From a virus (Duplodnaviria > Caudoviricetes): a DNA stretch of 62,768 nt. This document shows, piece by piece, positions 19,078 through 28,373 of the stretch. The DNA is taken from IMG/VR virus record IMGVR_UViG_3300027852_000042, positions 1-62,768 of that record, one strand, 5' to 3'. Below the pieces are notes generated by a model, which did no database searches, had not been told where the DNA came from, and was given only the letters and a program-made list of their open reading frames with translations. Both the position numbers and the translations under genes were made by a program. Within the stretch, counting starts at the first letter, position 1; each line of letters starts with the position of its first letter.

Positions 19078-19295
19078 TGGATGGAATAACGAAGGAAAAG
19101 TTGGAGAATCTAAGAAAGGAACTTCTTGTGGACATAGCAGAACTGGAGACTGATGAGAAAGCACAGAGTTCCGTCATACACCTTGCAGTAAGCAAGAAAT
19201 CTGAATTACGGGCACAGGTTGTGTTTGCTAAGAATGAGCTTGTATTATTAGATGGATTGATTGGGGATTGCGTAGATCTAGGGAGCATAAAATAG
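19077..19295 (+). CDS. Hypothetical coiled-coil protein
   Basis: 72-aa ORF, TAATG-coupled. Confidence 0.6.
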   Translation: MDGITKEKLENLRKELLVDIAELETDEKAQSSVIHLAVSKKSELRAQVVFAKNELVLLDGLIGDCVDLGSIK

Positions 19296-19495
19296 ACAAT
19301 CTACCCGAATTAAAGTGTACATATTGTGGTTGGACTGGTATGATTGAAGTCGCCTTATCTTCCCCGGGCGATGACTTCAATATTTGCCCTAACTGCAAAG
19401 AGGATTGGCTCGAAGATACAACACTGCAAGACAAGAAAATATTTGCTTTCATGATGTGGTCAAAGTGGTATAAATATTTAGATATAAGGAGGTGA
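19268..19495 (+). CDS. Small zinc-ribbon protein (start uncertain)
   Basis: CTYC...CPNC. Confidence 0.5.
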   Translation: MRRSREHKIDNLPELKCTYCGWTGMIEVALSSPGDDFNICPNCKEDWLEDTTLQDKKIFAFMMWSKWYKYLDIRR

Positions 19496-19500
19496 TATGA

Positions 19501-19701
19501 ATGAAAGGGAAATTAGTTTCAATGTTGATCTCAATGTTGGTCAATATGCTTACACCGGAATTGATGAAGAATCTGCTGGATATGCTGTTAGACTGGATTG
19601 AGAATATGGTGCTTGGGTCAGCTTCAACGGTTGACGATAAGATGGTACTACCTTTGTGTGAAATGATCAGGTCTGCCTTTGATATACCTGATGACGATTA
19701 A
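19501..19701 (+). CDS. Small hydrophobic helical protein (possible lysis accessory)
   Basis: Strong AGGAGG RBS; 66 aa; STVDD..V.P motif; followed by a terminator. Confidence 0.55.
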   Translation: MKGKLVSMLISMLVNMLTPELMKNLLDMLLDWIENMVLGSASTVDDKMVLPLCEMIRSAFDIPDDD

Positions 19702-19718
19702 CACTTTTGATTTACAGT

Positions 19719-19750
19719 GGCCGGGGCCTTTTATTAGGCCCCCGGTTTTA
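19719..19750 (+). terminator. Intrinsic terminator ending the structural operon
   Basis: ccggggcct-tttatt-aggcccccgg followed by tttt. Confidence 0.7.
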
Positions 19751-19752
19751 TC

Positions 19753-20106
19753 TTGGAGGATAAAATGTTACGTTTCGCGATAATAAAAAGTAGAAAGGAT
19801 ACTAATGGTACCATAGTAACATCTCTTTCTCCGAAGCATGTTCTCCGAAGTTTGGTTAATAAAACTTTGGATGGGTTTAACGTAGATGATTTTATTTCAG
19901 ATGTAATCATTAGAGCTACGAAGCTTTATCCTACAGGAAGGTTGACGACAAAAAAGAAGAAGGAAAAAATAGAGAAAATACTTCTCGTAGTTATGACTGA
20001 AGCTATTAAAGAGATGGACGTTGAGAAAAGGATATCGAGTAATATTGAAAAAGCTTTCTCGCATACAATCAAAGAAGTAAAGATGAGAACTCAAACTCTC
20101 TCATAA
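19753..20106 (+). CDS. Hypothetical protein
   Basis: 117-aa ORF; ATG 19765 with a GGAGG RBS is the probable start. Confidence 0.55.
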   Translation: MEDKMLRFAIIKSRKDTNGTIVTSLSPKHVLRSLVNKTLDGFNVDDFISDVIIRATKLYPTGRLTTKKKKEKIEKILLVVMTEAIKEMDVEKRISSNIEKAFSHTIKEVKMRTQTLS

Positions 20107-20123
20107 CTAGGAGAAGACTTTCA

Positions 20124-20495
20124 ATGGAAACCGTTTTAATAATCACCGCCACCCTAACTGTTGTTATACCTCTGATCGTAGTTTTTTATAAAATACTTTC
20201 GGGTCGGATTGACCTTAAAATAGATAAAACATTTATAGAAACATGCAATTCAAAATGTAAATCAATCCAAGCAGAGATAAAATCACAGGAGAAGGCGATG
20301 ATCACACTACAAAAGGAGTATGATAGAAGATTTTCTAAGGGTGAGGTGGTTTTTGGTGAGCTTATGAAAGAAATAAAGGGACATGGGTTGTTAATTGTAA
20401 AAGTAGACTCTAATGTAGAAAATCTCATTAAAGAAATGACCGAGTTTAAAAAAGAAATGAAATGTGACAGGAAAAACCAAACCCCCCCTACGTAA
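20124..20495 (+). CDS. Single-TM coiled-coil membrane protein (holin-like candidate)
   Basis: N-terminal hydrophobic helix VLIITATLTVVIPLIVVFY then coiled coil; AGGAG RBS. Confidence 0.55.
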   Translation: METVLIITATLTVVIPLIVVFYKILSGRIDLKIDKTFIETCNSKCKSIQAEIKSQEKAMITLQKEYDRRFSKGEVVFGELMKEIKGHGLLIVKVDSNVENLIKEMTEFKKEMKCDRKNQTPPT

Positions 20496-20533
20496 TAATC
20501 CGCACAAAAATAACACTCGACATTGTTTTGTAG

Positions 20534-20562
20534 TTGACAATCTTTAATGTTAGTGTTATAAC
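20534..20562 (+). promoter_or_regulatory. sigma70 promoter for the recombination block (probably leaderless transcript)
   Basis: TTGACA-17 bp-TATAAC with extended TG; ATG 20569 lies 6 nt after the -10. Confidence 0.75.
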
Positions 20563-20568
20563 TGCAAC

Positions 20569-21096
20569 ATGCTACCCAGCGTAACAACAATCATTAATTC
20601 TAAATTTCCTTTTGTGACAGATGAGGACTTAAAGTTAGCTCAATACCGTGGGACTGAGGTTCATTCAGCATGCCATGCTTATGTGACCAATACGTGGTAT
20701 CCTCTCGATAGAGAGTTTGGTGGATACATTGAGTCTTTTACCCTTTGGTATGACTTAATGGTTGAGGAGTTTATCTTTGGAGAGGAGAGGATTATTGATT
20801 ATGTTCTTGGCTTCTCAGGTAAACCTGATTTAGTGGTTAAGTTAATGGGGGATAAGGGGTTTAGTCTTTGGGATATAAAAACCTCTGCGGCTATGATGAG
20901 GAGTTACGAGATTCAGGTTGCCGGATATAAACACTTAATCCAAAACATAGAAGGAATACCTATAGAAAGATATGGAGGATTACAGTTGTTTAAGGATGGA
21001 CGAACAGCCAAAATAAAGGAGTATCAAAACTTTGTGTACTCGTTTGATGTTTTAATGGCACTTCTAACAATACATAGGTGGGAGAAAAATCTATGA
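20569..21096 (+). CDS. PD-(D/E)XK (Cas4/exonuclease VIII-like) nuclease
   Basis: PSVTTI, RGT.VH, G.PD, DIKT, Q..GY motifs. Confidence 0.8.
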   Translation: MLPSVTTIINSKFPFVTDEDLKLAQYRGTEVHSACHAYVTNTWYPLDREFGGYIESFTLWYDLMVEEFIFGEERIIDYVLGFSGKPDLVVKLMGDKGFSLWDIKTSAAMMRSYEIQVAGYKHLIQNIEGIPIERYGGLQLFKDGRTAKIKEYQNFVYSFDVLMALLTIHRWEKNL

Positions 21097-21872
21097 CAAA
21101 TTTTTTTGAGGACTTATTTTCAGAGGAAACTCAAGAGGATAGCGTTGTTGATGCTGAGTTCGTAGAAGATAATATTGTTGTACTTCCGGAACTTAACATA
21201 ACTGACAGCATGGTTAAGGAAACTCTCGGGGAAATTAAGGCTGTATTGATTGAAAAGTATTACGGGAAAATAGAACAGCTTGAGACTTTAGCTAATAACC
21301 ACCTAATCAAAGATGAGGCTACTGAGGTTCAGGCGGTTGACATGGTTTCTCAATTAAAGGAGATGCGAAACACACTGGAAACCAAGAGAAAGGATATCAT
21401 AAAGGTTCCAGGATCATACGTGAACGGCGTAAACGCTATCGTTAAGCCCTTCCGTGACAAAATAGATACCATTTGTAAGATAAAGAACAAAGACCTCTTA
21501 GAGTATCAAAGAAAGGTTCGTGAGGAAAGAAAGAAACAAGAAAAGAAAGCCGCCGAGGTTATCGAGAAAGTAAAGAAAGATACAGAGGAGGAAGCTAAGA
21601 GGGCCGGGATAGATCCAGGTGTATTTGACATACAGGTACCATCATTATCAAAGGATAAGGTTACGGTAGGTCAAACAGGTGGTACTGCTACTATCAAGGA
21701 AGAGTGGGTATATGAAGTTGTTGACATAAAAGAAGTACCCGTGGAATTAATTGAAGTCATAGATAAGGAGGTGAAGAAGTTAATAAAGGCTGGTACTAGA
21801 AACATTCCAGGACTTAATATTTATCTTGATGATAAGTTGAAGACCCGGAAGGCGAGGAAGAAAAAACCTTAA
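21093..21872 (+). CDS. Coiled-coil recombination-block protein
   Basis: Probable start ATG 21093; long coiled coil and C-terminal W..EVVD...VP......K..I..G...IPG motif. Confidence 0.6.
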   Translation: MTNFFEDLFSEETQEDSVVDAEFVEDNIVVLPELNITDSMVKETLGEIKAVLIEKYYGKIEQLETLANNHLIKDEATEVQAVDMVSQLKEMRNTLETKRKDIIKVPGSYVNGVNAIVKPFRDKIDTICKIKNKDLLEYQRKVREERKKQEKKAAEVIEKVKKDTEEEAKRAGIDPGVFDIQVPSLSKDKVTVGQTGGTATIKEEWVYEVVDIKEVPVELIEVIDKEVKKLIKAGTRNIPGLNIYLDDKLKTRKARKKKP

Positions 21873-21887
21873 CATGGAGGAAGTTAA

Positions 21888-23138
21888 ATGGGTGACATTG
21901 TAGAGTATAAGTCGAAAGATGGGACCGATATTCAACTCAGTTTTGATATCGTTCGGAATTATCTTGTGCAGGGTAAGCCTAACCTTGTGCAAGACGGTGA
22001 GATAGTTTATTTTATGGGTGTGTGTAAGGCCAGGGGGTTAAACCCGTTCAAAAAGGACTGCTATCTTATCAAGTATTCAGACAAAACATCCGCACAGATA
22101 ATAACCAGTATCGATTACTTCCGGAGCCGAGCCAGGGCACAAGACGATTGTACTGGGTGGAGTGTTGGGTTGCTTGTTTACGATCCCGAAACAAAGATTG
22201 TTTCTGATACTAAGGGATTGGTTCTCCCTGGGAGTACAGTTCTTGGTGCTTGGTTTGAAGCTAAACCTGAAGGCTGGGAAAATGTACATAGGAGAGAGGT
22301 TAATCTTAGTGGGTATCTTCAGTATAAATCTGACGGTAAACTCACTAAGTTTTGGCTGCCAGAGAAACAGCCATCGCAGATTATGAAAGTTGCCGAGTCT
22401 CAAGGGCTAAGAGCTATATGGCCTGATCAATTTCAGAATTTGTATACAGATGGTGAAGCTGACTTGGGGGGCATGCCCAATGTAACTATAGGTGGGGCTT
22501 CACTCCCAAACCCTCCCGATCCTCAATATTCAGGGGTCTTGCCCCCACTTACCAAAAAGAGAACATATACCGAGCCAAAAAACAAGCCCAAACCTGACCC
22601 CAGTAATGATAAAAAACAGGCAGATGATTCCGAAACCTTTGACCTTATCGTTGCTAAGAAAGCTGATAAGGAGCAAATGGACAAGTTCCTGGAGGTTTGT
22701 TCTGGTAAGGCCAATATGACGGTTGCTCAGATTAAAACTCAGGCAATACGTAACATCGGAAAGTTCATGGGGCAGTATGAAAAGTGGGCTGTTGATATGG
22801 ATGTCCAGAAGAGAAGGGAGAACACTGAACAACTTGCGCCAAAGGATAGAGCCAGAGGAAGGAATGTAAAAAAGGATGAAGAAGAGGATCCACCGCTTAA
22901 AATGAGACCGGAGGAGGTTCTTGACAGTAAAAAAACAGATCCAAAAACTGACCCCGAGGAAACCAATGATACGGAAACTGAACAGGGTGTTCCAATAGAT
23001 CCAGGTCCTACTGCTGATGTGGTAAAGTGCAATAAGAACGATGGCGATATGATGCTTGCGGAGTATTGCATGAACTCGTGCGAAGGTAGGTTTAACTGTG
23101 ATAGTTTGCAGTCCTACCTCGCCGGTCAATATTCATAG
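21888..23138 (+). CDS. bet: Bet/RecT single-strand annealing recombinase
   Basis: F...CK..GLNPF.KD.YLIKY, S.DYF..RA, GAW, KVAESQ.LR..WP motifs; two genes downstream of the exonuclease. Confidence 0.85.
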   Translation: MGDIVEYKSKDGTDIQLSFDIVRNYLVQGKPNLVQDGEIVYFMGVCKARGLNPFKKDCYLIKYSDKTSAQIITSIDYFRSRARAQDDCTGWSVGLLVYDPETKIVSDTKGLVLPGSTVLGAWFEAKPEGWENVHRREVNLSGYLQYKSDGKLTKFWLPEKQPSQIMKVAESQGLRAIWPDQFQNLYTDGEADLGGMPNVTIGGASLPNPPDPQYSGVLPPLTKKRTYTEPKNKPKPDPSNDKKQADDSETFDLIVAKKADKEQMDKFLEVCSGKANMTVAQIKTQAIRNIGKFMGQYEKWAVDMDVQKRRENTEQLAPKDRARGRNVKKDEEEDPPLKMRPEEVLDSKKTDPKTDPEETNDTETEQGVPIDPGPTADVVKCNKNDGDMMLAEYCMNSCEGRFNCDSLQSYLAGQYS

Positions 23139-23144
23139 ATATGT

Positions 23145-23168
23145 GGGGGGGGGGGCTATCCCCTCCCT
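23145..23168. terminator. GC-rich hairpin after bet (possible terminator or attenuator)
   Basis: G11 run pairing with cccctccc; weak U-tail. Confidence 0.35.
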
Positions 23169-23189
23169 ATCTAGGTTTGGAATAATCAA

Positions 23190-23378
23190 ATGAAAGAGAA
23201 GATAAATACTGAACTACTATTAGCTGTAAGTAGTGTTGCTAGAAGGCTGGGGCTCTCGACTATGACTATATATCGAAAGCTTGAACTTGGCGTTTTCACA
23301 CCCATTATTATTGACGGTTCCATGTTTATCCACAATAGGGAAGTAGAGAAGTACATTGAATCCCAAGAAGATCGATAA
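23190..23378 (+). CDS. Excisionase/AlpA-like helix-turn-helix protein
   Basis: LL.V..VA..LGLS..TIYR....G.F..I.IDG...I. Confidence 0.7.
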   Translation: MKEKINTELLLAVSSVARRLGLSTMTIYRKLELGVFTPIIIDGSMFIHNREVEKYIESQEDR

Positions 23379-23634
23379 GTTTAATAGGTTTATTAAGGGT
23401 AGGACAGATGTTAAGAAATATCCTGCCGGTATGATGATGAGCTATCAAGCTATAGTCCGATTTCGATATCACCTCAATAGAGATCCTACCAACACGGAAA
23501 TATCGAAGGAAATTGGTGTTGCGAAAAGTATTGTGACAAGGCATATCCAACTATTAATAGCCGCTAAACTAATCAAGCGGCTACCAAAGAGTAAAAGAAA
23601 TAAAATGGCAGGCAAATTGTACGAAGTTATGTAA
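23356..23634 (+). CDS. Winged-helix DNA-binding protein (LexA N-terminal-like)
   Basis: PT..EI...IGV.KS.V.RHI..L.....I.R. Confidence 0.65.
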   Translation: MNPKKIDKFNRFIKGRTDVKKYPAGMMMSYQAIVRFRYHLNRDPTNTEISKEIGVAKSIVTRHIQLLIAAKLIKRLPKSKRNKMAGKLYEVM

Positions 23635-23635
23635 A

Positions 23636-24019
23636 TCAAATGAAACTCCGAAAGAACCCCTCTCTCATCATCTTCAGTTTTCTATCTGTTCCAATGCACG
23701 GTACCAGGCTTACCACTTGACCCGGGTAAGCCTGGGCTGTGATCTTACTACCCACTATCAAGTACCATGGGTAGTCTCTCTCTAGTTCTTTAAGAGTATC
23801 TAATCCAATCTTGGTGGGGTGGAAGGTTCGCTTGAAGACCTTATATGGGAAGCTCTCCATGTACTCATCTTTCTCTTTACCGGACAAAACTATACCGCTT
23901 TGGTGTAGGGTATACGTAAGGTTCCCCCTCTTGTCCGAGAAATTAATGTCGTGAGGACACACGTTTATTAGTTTCCTGAAGTTTATTTCTTCAATTATAT
24001 CTTCCCTAAACCGTATCAT
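23636..24019 (-). CDS. Hypothetical protein
   Basis: Probable start 24019; LIN.CPH.I motif; last gene of the leftward operon. Confidence 0.6.
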   Translation of the reverse strand: MIRFREDIIEEINFRKLINVCPHDINFSDKRGNLTYTLHQSGIVLSGKEKDEYMESFPYKVFKRTFHPTKIGLDTLKELERDYPWYLIVGSKITAQAYPGQVVSLVPCIGTDRKLKMMREGFFRSFI

Positions 24020-24188
24020 CTTCTCCCCCTTCTTCAACTTTCACTGTGAGTTCTCTAAGAATTTTCCATTTTTGACCATATGTTCCACCTTCTCTTACTA
24101 CTTTGAGGGCTTCAATTGCAGTATTGTATGGCTCTAAACCCCACCCTTCATAGCAACCGTTGTGTATGGCTAAGTATACTTGACCCAT
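24006..24188 (-). CDS. Hypothetical protein
   Basis: 60 aa; GGAGG RBS. Confidence 0.6.
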   Translation of the reverse strand: MGQVYLAIHNGCYEGWGLEPYNTAIEALKVVREGGTYGQKWKILRELTVKVEEGGEDDTV

Positions 24189-24201
24189 CTTATCCTCCCA
24201 T

Positions 24202-24234
24202 AAAAAGAGGGGGCTTAATATACCCCCTCTTTTT
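24202..24234. terminator. Bidirectional intrinsic terminator
   Basis: aaaaagaggggg-cttaatata-ccccctcttttt. Confidence 0.8.
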
Positions 24235-24243
24235 ACTCAGTTT

Positions 24244-25110
24244 TTAATTCACGTCTATCTCCCTTCCAACATCGGTTAAGTTTTCATCAAAGTTATTCTT
24301 AACCTTGCTCATCTCATCAAGGATAATATTTGCGAGACCATCATTGTCTCGCATGTCATTTCCAGAATAGTATCCTATAATTTCGTGGGCTTTGTCAACC
24401 AGTGATTCTAATTCACTGTCATCGAAAGCATTTCTGTCCTTGAAATTATCGAGGAAACTCTGAAAGCCTTCAACCGAAGAGTTTTTAAATATTTTCCTTT
24501 TCCCATCTTCATCTGGGGTCAACTTGTCACACAAATGTTGTACCATGCCTCCAAATTCTGTACGTAGGGCCATGATACCCATTTCCCTGGCCTCTTCCAT
24601 GGTTGTAAGGAACTTTTCCTTCTCTCTTGCATATAGTTCCGGGGAAAGAAGGCTTGCCTTGTCCGGAGTGGTAAGTATTAAAAACTTCCACTCGAACTTA
24701 AACTTTTTGTTTATATCTGATGGGTAGTCTTTGGGGTCAAACAATCCTTTCAGGACATACTCTGCCCTTTCTATAAGCGTTTCGTATGGAAACCTGGACA
24801 CCCTCTCGTAAAATTCTTCTTGGAACTCTGTAAGTTTCGCATCTATCTTATCGATAGAGTCTTTGGATACAAAGACAAGTCCTTTGATCGGAAAGGGAAG
24901 GGCGTGGGACTCAAGATACTTCCGAGCCAATGATGCAATCTTGTTAATCCTGGATATCTCGTTGGGATCTACAAGGTTTTTTGTACCCTTGACCCATTGC
25001 CCCATTTTATCTTCTACCACCTTGGAATTAATCTTCTTTGTTCCCATCCACCTTGAAATGGATAGTTGTATCAGACACCCTAATTCGAATATGTTACTTT
25101 CGTCATGCAT
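24244..25110 (-). CDS. DUF3150-like protein
   Basis: L.IS.W.G.KK, K.L.DP, R.YL...ALPF...G..FV, DYP....KF.F.W motifs; downstream of the AAA module. Confidence 0.6.
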   Translation of the reverse strand: MHDESNIFELGCLIQLSISRWMGTKKINSKVVEDKMGQWVKGTKNLVDPNEISRINKIASLARKYLESHALPFPIKGLVFVSKDSIDKIDAKLTEFQEEFYERVSRFPYETLIERAEYVLKGLFDPKDYPSDINKKFKFEWKFLILTTPDKASLLSPELYAREKEKFLTTMEEAREMGIMALRTEFGGMVQHLCDKLTPDEDGKRKIFKNSSVEGFQSFLDNFKDRNAFDDSELESLVDKAHEIIGYYSGNDMRDNDGLANIILDEMSKVKNNFDENLTDVGREIDVN

Positions 25111-25124
25111 TTTACTTACCTCCT

Positions 25125-25301
25125 TTAAGGTATTACTACCTTTGCTTCTCGCACTACACCTTCATCGTCAATCTTGATTTCAAGTACAACCTCATTGAAA
25201 TGCCTGAACATCTTTAGTGCTTCTTCTGTCAGACCAATTTCTACTCCCTTGTTATAGGCTGCCTCGCTACTTATTTCCGCACTGATTGTCGCTGTTTTCA
25301 T
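25125..25301 (-). CDS. Hypothetical protein
   Basis: Probable start 25301 (MKTATIS) after a GGGGGTG RBS. Confidence 0.55.
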   Translation of the reverse strand: MKTATISAEISSEAAYNKGVEIGLTEEALKMFRHFNEVVLEIKIDDEGVVREAKVVIP

Positions 25302-25305
25302 CTTC

Positions 25306-25494
25306 TCACCCCCCTTGATCAAACTGACTAAAGTAATCATCTTCCAGTTTTTTCTTTTGAGCCTTAAGGTATAGCTCATTAGGCTCTCCCCATGTTGCCC
25401 CACAAGTATCGCATGTGATATAAATCACCGCGTCCTGATCTGTTGGAACCTTATACGAATAGTTACATGTGTTACAAACGTGACAACTTGTCAT
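25306..25494 (-). CDS. Small zinc-ribbon protein
   Basis: CNTC...CDTC; probable start 25494. Confidence 0.55.
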   Translation of the reverse strand: MTSCHVCNTCNYSYKVPTDQDAVIYITCDTCGATWGEPNELYLKAQKKKLEDDYFSQFDQGG

Positions 25495-25505
25495 AGTAGC
25501 TTCTC

Positions 25506-25703
25506 CTATCCACAAAGGTTTGAGTTTAAGTTGTGCTTAATGTTAGTCTCATACCACTCAGCTTTCTTTTTGAAGTCTGTACTTTCTCCAAGAGTTTTTG
25601 TAATCAACTCCATGGCACTCTTACACCCTTTACCATGGAACCCATTAGCTTCTACTTTGGCCTCTCCTGTATTAAGATCGAACTCCAGTGTTATTGTTTC
25701 CAT
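25506..25703 (-). CDS. DUF2997-family protein
   Basis: I.....G..KVEA.GF.G..C........LG......K.EWY. Confidence 0.8.
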   Translation of the reverse strand: METITLEFDLNTGEAKVEANGFHGKGCKSAMELITKTLGESTDFKKKAEWYETNIKHNLNSNLCG

Positions 25704-25719
25704 TTATACCTCCTCCTCC

Positions 25720-26070
25720 TTACATGTAAACCACCAGCTTCAATTCACCCTGTTTTGTCACACTTTCCGAGAAGGTGTGTCCTAGCTTACGAGCTTCTAG
25801 TTTAGCCTTCTCTACGCCATAGTAAGCTGTCAGTTTTGATAGCTCTTTCTCATCTCCCCACTGTCCATGGTAAGTATCATATGATACCACCCCATTGGGT
25901 TTTAATACAACCGGGTATCGCCACTCCGGGAGAAACACCCCAAATCCCTCCTCTTCAGAAGCATATAGCTTGAAACTACCCTCTCTTCCCTCTATGCCAA
26001 GCCTTTTACATGCTTCTTTCAGTGCAGTTTTATCCTTCATCTCTGTCTTTACGTTCATTGTGCTACTCAT
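25720..26070 (-). CDS. DUF1257 (Ycf35-like) protein
   Basis: MS....VKTE.KD..AL..AC.RLG, LP.WRYPV, YD...G.WG, YGVEKA..EAR..G. Confidence 0.8.
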   Translation of the reverse strand: MSSTMNVKTEMKDKTALKEACKRLGIEGREGSFKLYASEEEGFGVFLPEWRYPVVLKPNGVVSYDTYHGQWGDEKELSKLTAYYGVEKAKLEARKLGHTFSESVTKQGELKLVVYM

Positions 26071-27470
26071 AAACTTAACCTCCTTTCCTTGGCTTTCTTT
26101 GGGTTATCTTGAATGGTTGCATATCTTGCGTTGTTCTTGGCCCACCCCCTCGTCTTTTCTATGTTATCTTTGTTCTGTATGTAGATAGGCTTAATGTTTT
26201 CAAGGGCACTTTCTTCGCCATCGTAGATAGAGGCTACCACAAACTTTTCTATTTCTGCACCGGTCCAGTTCATCATCTTTTTGGTGAGAGGGAGCTTGTG
26301 TTTTGTCCCGTACCTTTTGTTCATAATCTTGAGAATCTGCTTCCTTTCTTTGTCGTTCGGTAAATCGAGGAAGAAGATATCATCAAACCTACGTAGTAAG
26401 GCCCCCTGTGAGACGGCTAACAGGTCTTCAACGTCATTGCAGGTAGCTACTACATACTTTGGTTTAACACTTTCCTGCATCCACGTTAGAAGTGTACCAA
26501 ACATTGCAGACCCGGTACCACCGTCTGTTTTGTTGGATGATATGGCACCCCCGACATTCTTCTCTATCTCATCACACATTACTACGCATGGCGAGATAGC
26601 GTCAATCAAGGACAATGCCTGGCTCATATTCTTTTCGGATTCCCCTACGCGAGATCCTTTCAGGCTTGCTATGTTAAGGTTAACCAATGGGAACCCCAAC
26701 ACTGAAGCCGTAACCTTTGATGATAGAGATTTACCAGCACCAGGAAGGCCAACTAAAAGGATACCTCTAGGTGTGGGTAGGTTGGTATCCCAGAAGCCTT
26801 TTTTTCTATTGTGAAGGTACTTTTTAAGCCCATCGAGCCCACCAAGCTCTGACTCCTTAACTGCGGTGCCTATCTCCATAAGCCCAGACTTTTTAATTCC
26901 CTGAAGTTTCTCTTCTTCGAGTATACTCATGTCTATTTTCTTTGTTGATACCAGACTTCGAGCTAAAGCATTCTCTGCTTCAAATGCTGTAAGCCCACAA
27001 GCGGCAGCCATTGCCTCTTTATCTATCTTGATAGAGAGATTGTTATCCTTATTTACCTTGCCAATAATATCTTTAGCCATACCTACCAACTCCTCCTGTG
27101 TTGGTAATGGAAAATCGATTAACGTAATATCCTTTTCTAACTCTATTGGAATGTTGACCACCGGAGAAACTATTATCAGGTGCTTTTTCTTGGTCTTCAA
27201 TGTGTCCCGCAGGTTTTTTATTGTCCTGAAGATCTCGGTGCCACCAATGAACTTGTGGTAATCTTTCAGGAACATTATACTGTGTATCTCCATTGATTCT
27301 ATGCCTATGAGTGGAGACATGGGGTCTCCATCGCCCATAGCTATATCCCAGGACAGACATTCATATCCAAGTTCAACTGCCTCCACTCCCATAGCACTGA
27401 TTGCCCTGTCTTCCTCATGGGTTTGTACCCACAAGATGGGATACCCTCCCTTCAGGTATTGTGTTATCAT
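26067..27470 (-). CDS. Ycf46-like AAA+ ATPase
   Basis: Degenerate N-domain (YPILWV.T.EE.R), Walker A GLPGAGKS, Walker B VVMCDEIEK, LLRRFDDIFF.DLP, WTGAEIE. Confidence 0.85.
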   Translation of the reverse strand: MITQYLKGGYPILWVQTHEEDRAISAMGVEAVELGYECLSWDIAMGDGDPMSPLIGIESMEIHSIMFLKDYHKFIGGTEIFRTIKNLRDTLKTKKKHLIIVSPVVNIPIELEKDITLIDFPLPTQEELVGMAKDIIGKVNKDNNLSIKIDKEAMAAACGLTAFEAENALARSLVSTKKIDMSILEEEKLQGIKKSGLMEIGTAVKESELGGLDGLKKYLHNRKKGFWDTNLPTPRGILLVGLPGAGKSLSSKVTASVLGFPLVNLNIASLKGSRVGESEKNMSQALSLIDAISPCVVMCDEIEKNVGGAISSNKTDGGTGSAMFGTLLTWMQESVKPKYVVATCNDVEDLLAVSQGALLRRFDDIFFLDLPNDKERKQILKIMNKRYGTKHKLPLTKKMMNWTGAEIEKFVVASIYDGEESALENIKPIYIQNKDNIEKTRGWAKNNARYATIQDNPKKAKERRLSL

Positions 27471-27712
27471 GATCGCCTCCTTCTTATTGCTTCATTGACA
27501 TCCTTTGGCACCCTGTCGATAGATACTTCTATACCTGTGTAATAATCAGGGTGTATGTCTTCTACTGTCCCACCGTATTGATTGAATCCTTGGGGGCTTA
27601 AGGGATTGTGGGACATGGTGTACGTGCTTCTCCCAATTATTACAGTGTATCTATCGAAGGTTTCCCCCTCGTTATCATAAATTTTTATCATGATCATATC
27701 TCCAGCCAACAA
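27467..27712 (-). CDS. Hypothetical phage protein
   Basis: IYDN.GET.DRYTV, MS.NP..PQGF motifs; exact start uncertain. Confidence 0.6.
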   Translation of the reverse strand: MLAGDMIMIKIYDNEGETFDRYTVIIGRSTYTMSHNPLSPQGFNQYGGTVEDIHPDYYTGIEVSIDRVPKDVNEAIRRRRS

Positions 27713-27724
27713 GTATCAACCATC

Positions 27725-27901
27725 TCAATCCTCCTCTCTAAAGTATCCGTCAATCTCCATGTCCTCTTGATATAGATCTTGAATGATATCCGGATCTATT
27801 TTTCTTGCGAGGAACAACAGTTCCTCCCTCATTTTTTTCCTGTCCCACTTTCTAACCTTAAACTTTAGCCAGTGGTATGGAGTTTTCCATTTATAACTCA
27901 T
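27725..27901 (-). CDS. Hypothetical 58-aa protein (not in ORF track)
   Basis: MSYKWKTPYHWLK...DGYFREED*; ATGA overlap with the upstream stop; GGAGG RBS. Confidence 0.6.
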   Translation of the reverse strand: MSYKWKTPYHWLKFKVRKWDRKKMREELLFLARKIDPDIIQDLYQEDMEIDGYFREED

Positions 27902-28362
27902 GCATTACCTCCACTATCGGCACAAACAGGGCACTGTTCCTTCGTGATCATCACCCCAATATGACCTGGTGGGTTAACCCCAGTTTGCTCTCTTACTATT
28001 TCGGAAAACCTTGCATTGGCTTTTACGATGCCCTCACTGCTACAATTATCACATTTCCAGAACACCCCGCCCTTCTCCACCTCTTCAACCTCCCCCTTTC
28101 TTTTTTCCTCACACTTGTCACACAGGGATGAGGGGATTTTACGCCCTTCATACTCGCCATTATTAATGAACCCAATGTTCTTGTGACAGTGTGGACAAAA
28201 TGAAGGACGTTTGCCTACTATTCTACCCTTACAGCTTCTACACTCATACTCATGCACCTTTCCGAGCAGAAGAAGTTCTCCATTATCCTCACCACACCGT
28301 GGGCACACACCTATTGCTGGGTTTACACCAAACTTGTCACTCAATATTATGTTTCCGTTCAT
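27898..28362 (-). CDS. Multi-zinc-finger protein
   Basis: Six CxxC pairs; AGGAGG RBS. Confidence 0.7.
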   Translation of the reverse strand: MNGNIILSDKFGVNPAIGVCPRCGEDNGELLLLGKVHEYECRSCKGRIVGKRPSFCPHCHKNIGFINNGEYEGRKIPSSLCDKCEEKRKGEVEEVEKGGVFWKCDNCSSEGIVKANARFSEIVREQTGVNPPGHIGVMITKEQCPVCADSGGNA

Positions 28363-28373
28363 GTCACACCTCC

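Noticed and set aside
20569-21096. Cas4 as part of a CRISPR-Cas locus
   Set aside because: No Fe-S cysteine set, no other cas genes and no array; the context is the recombination block
23145-23155. Poly-G phase-variation tract
   Set aside because: Intergenic and pairs with the adjacent C-rich arm as a hairpin, like the G-run at 56004
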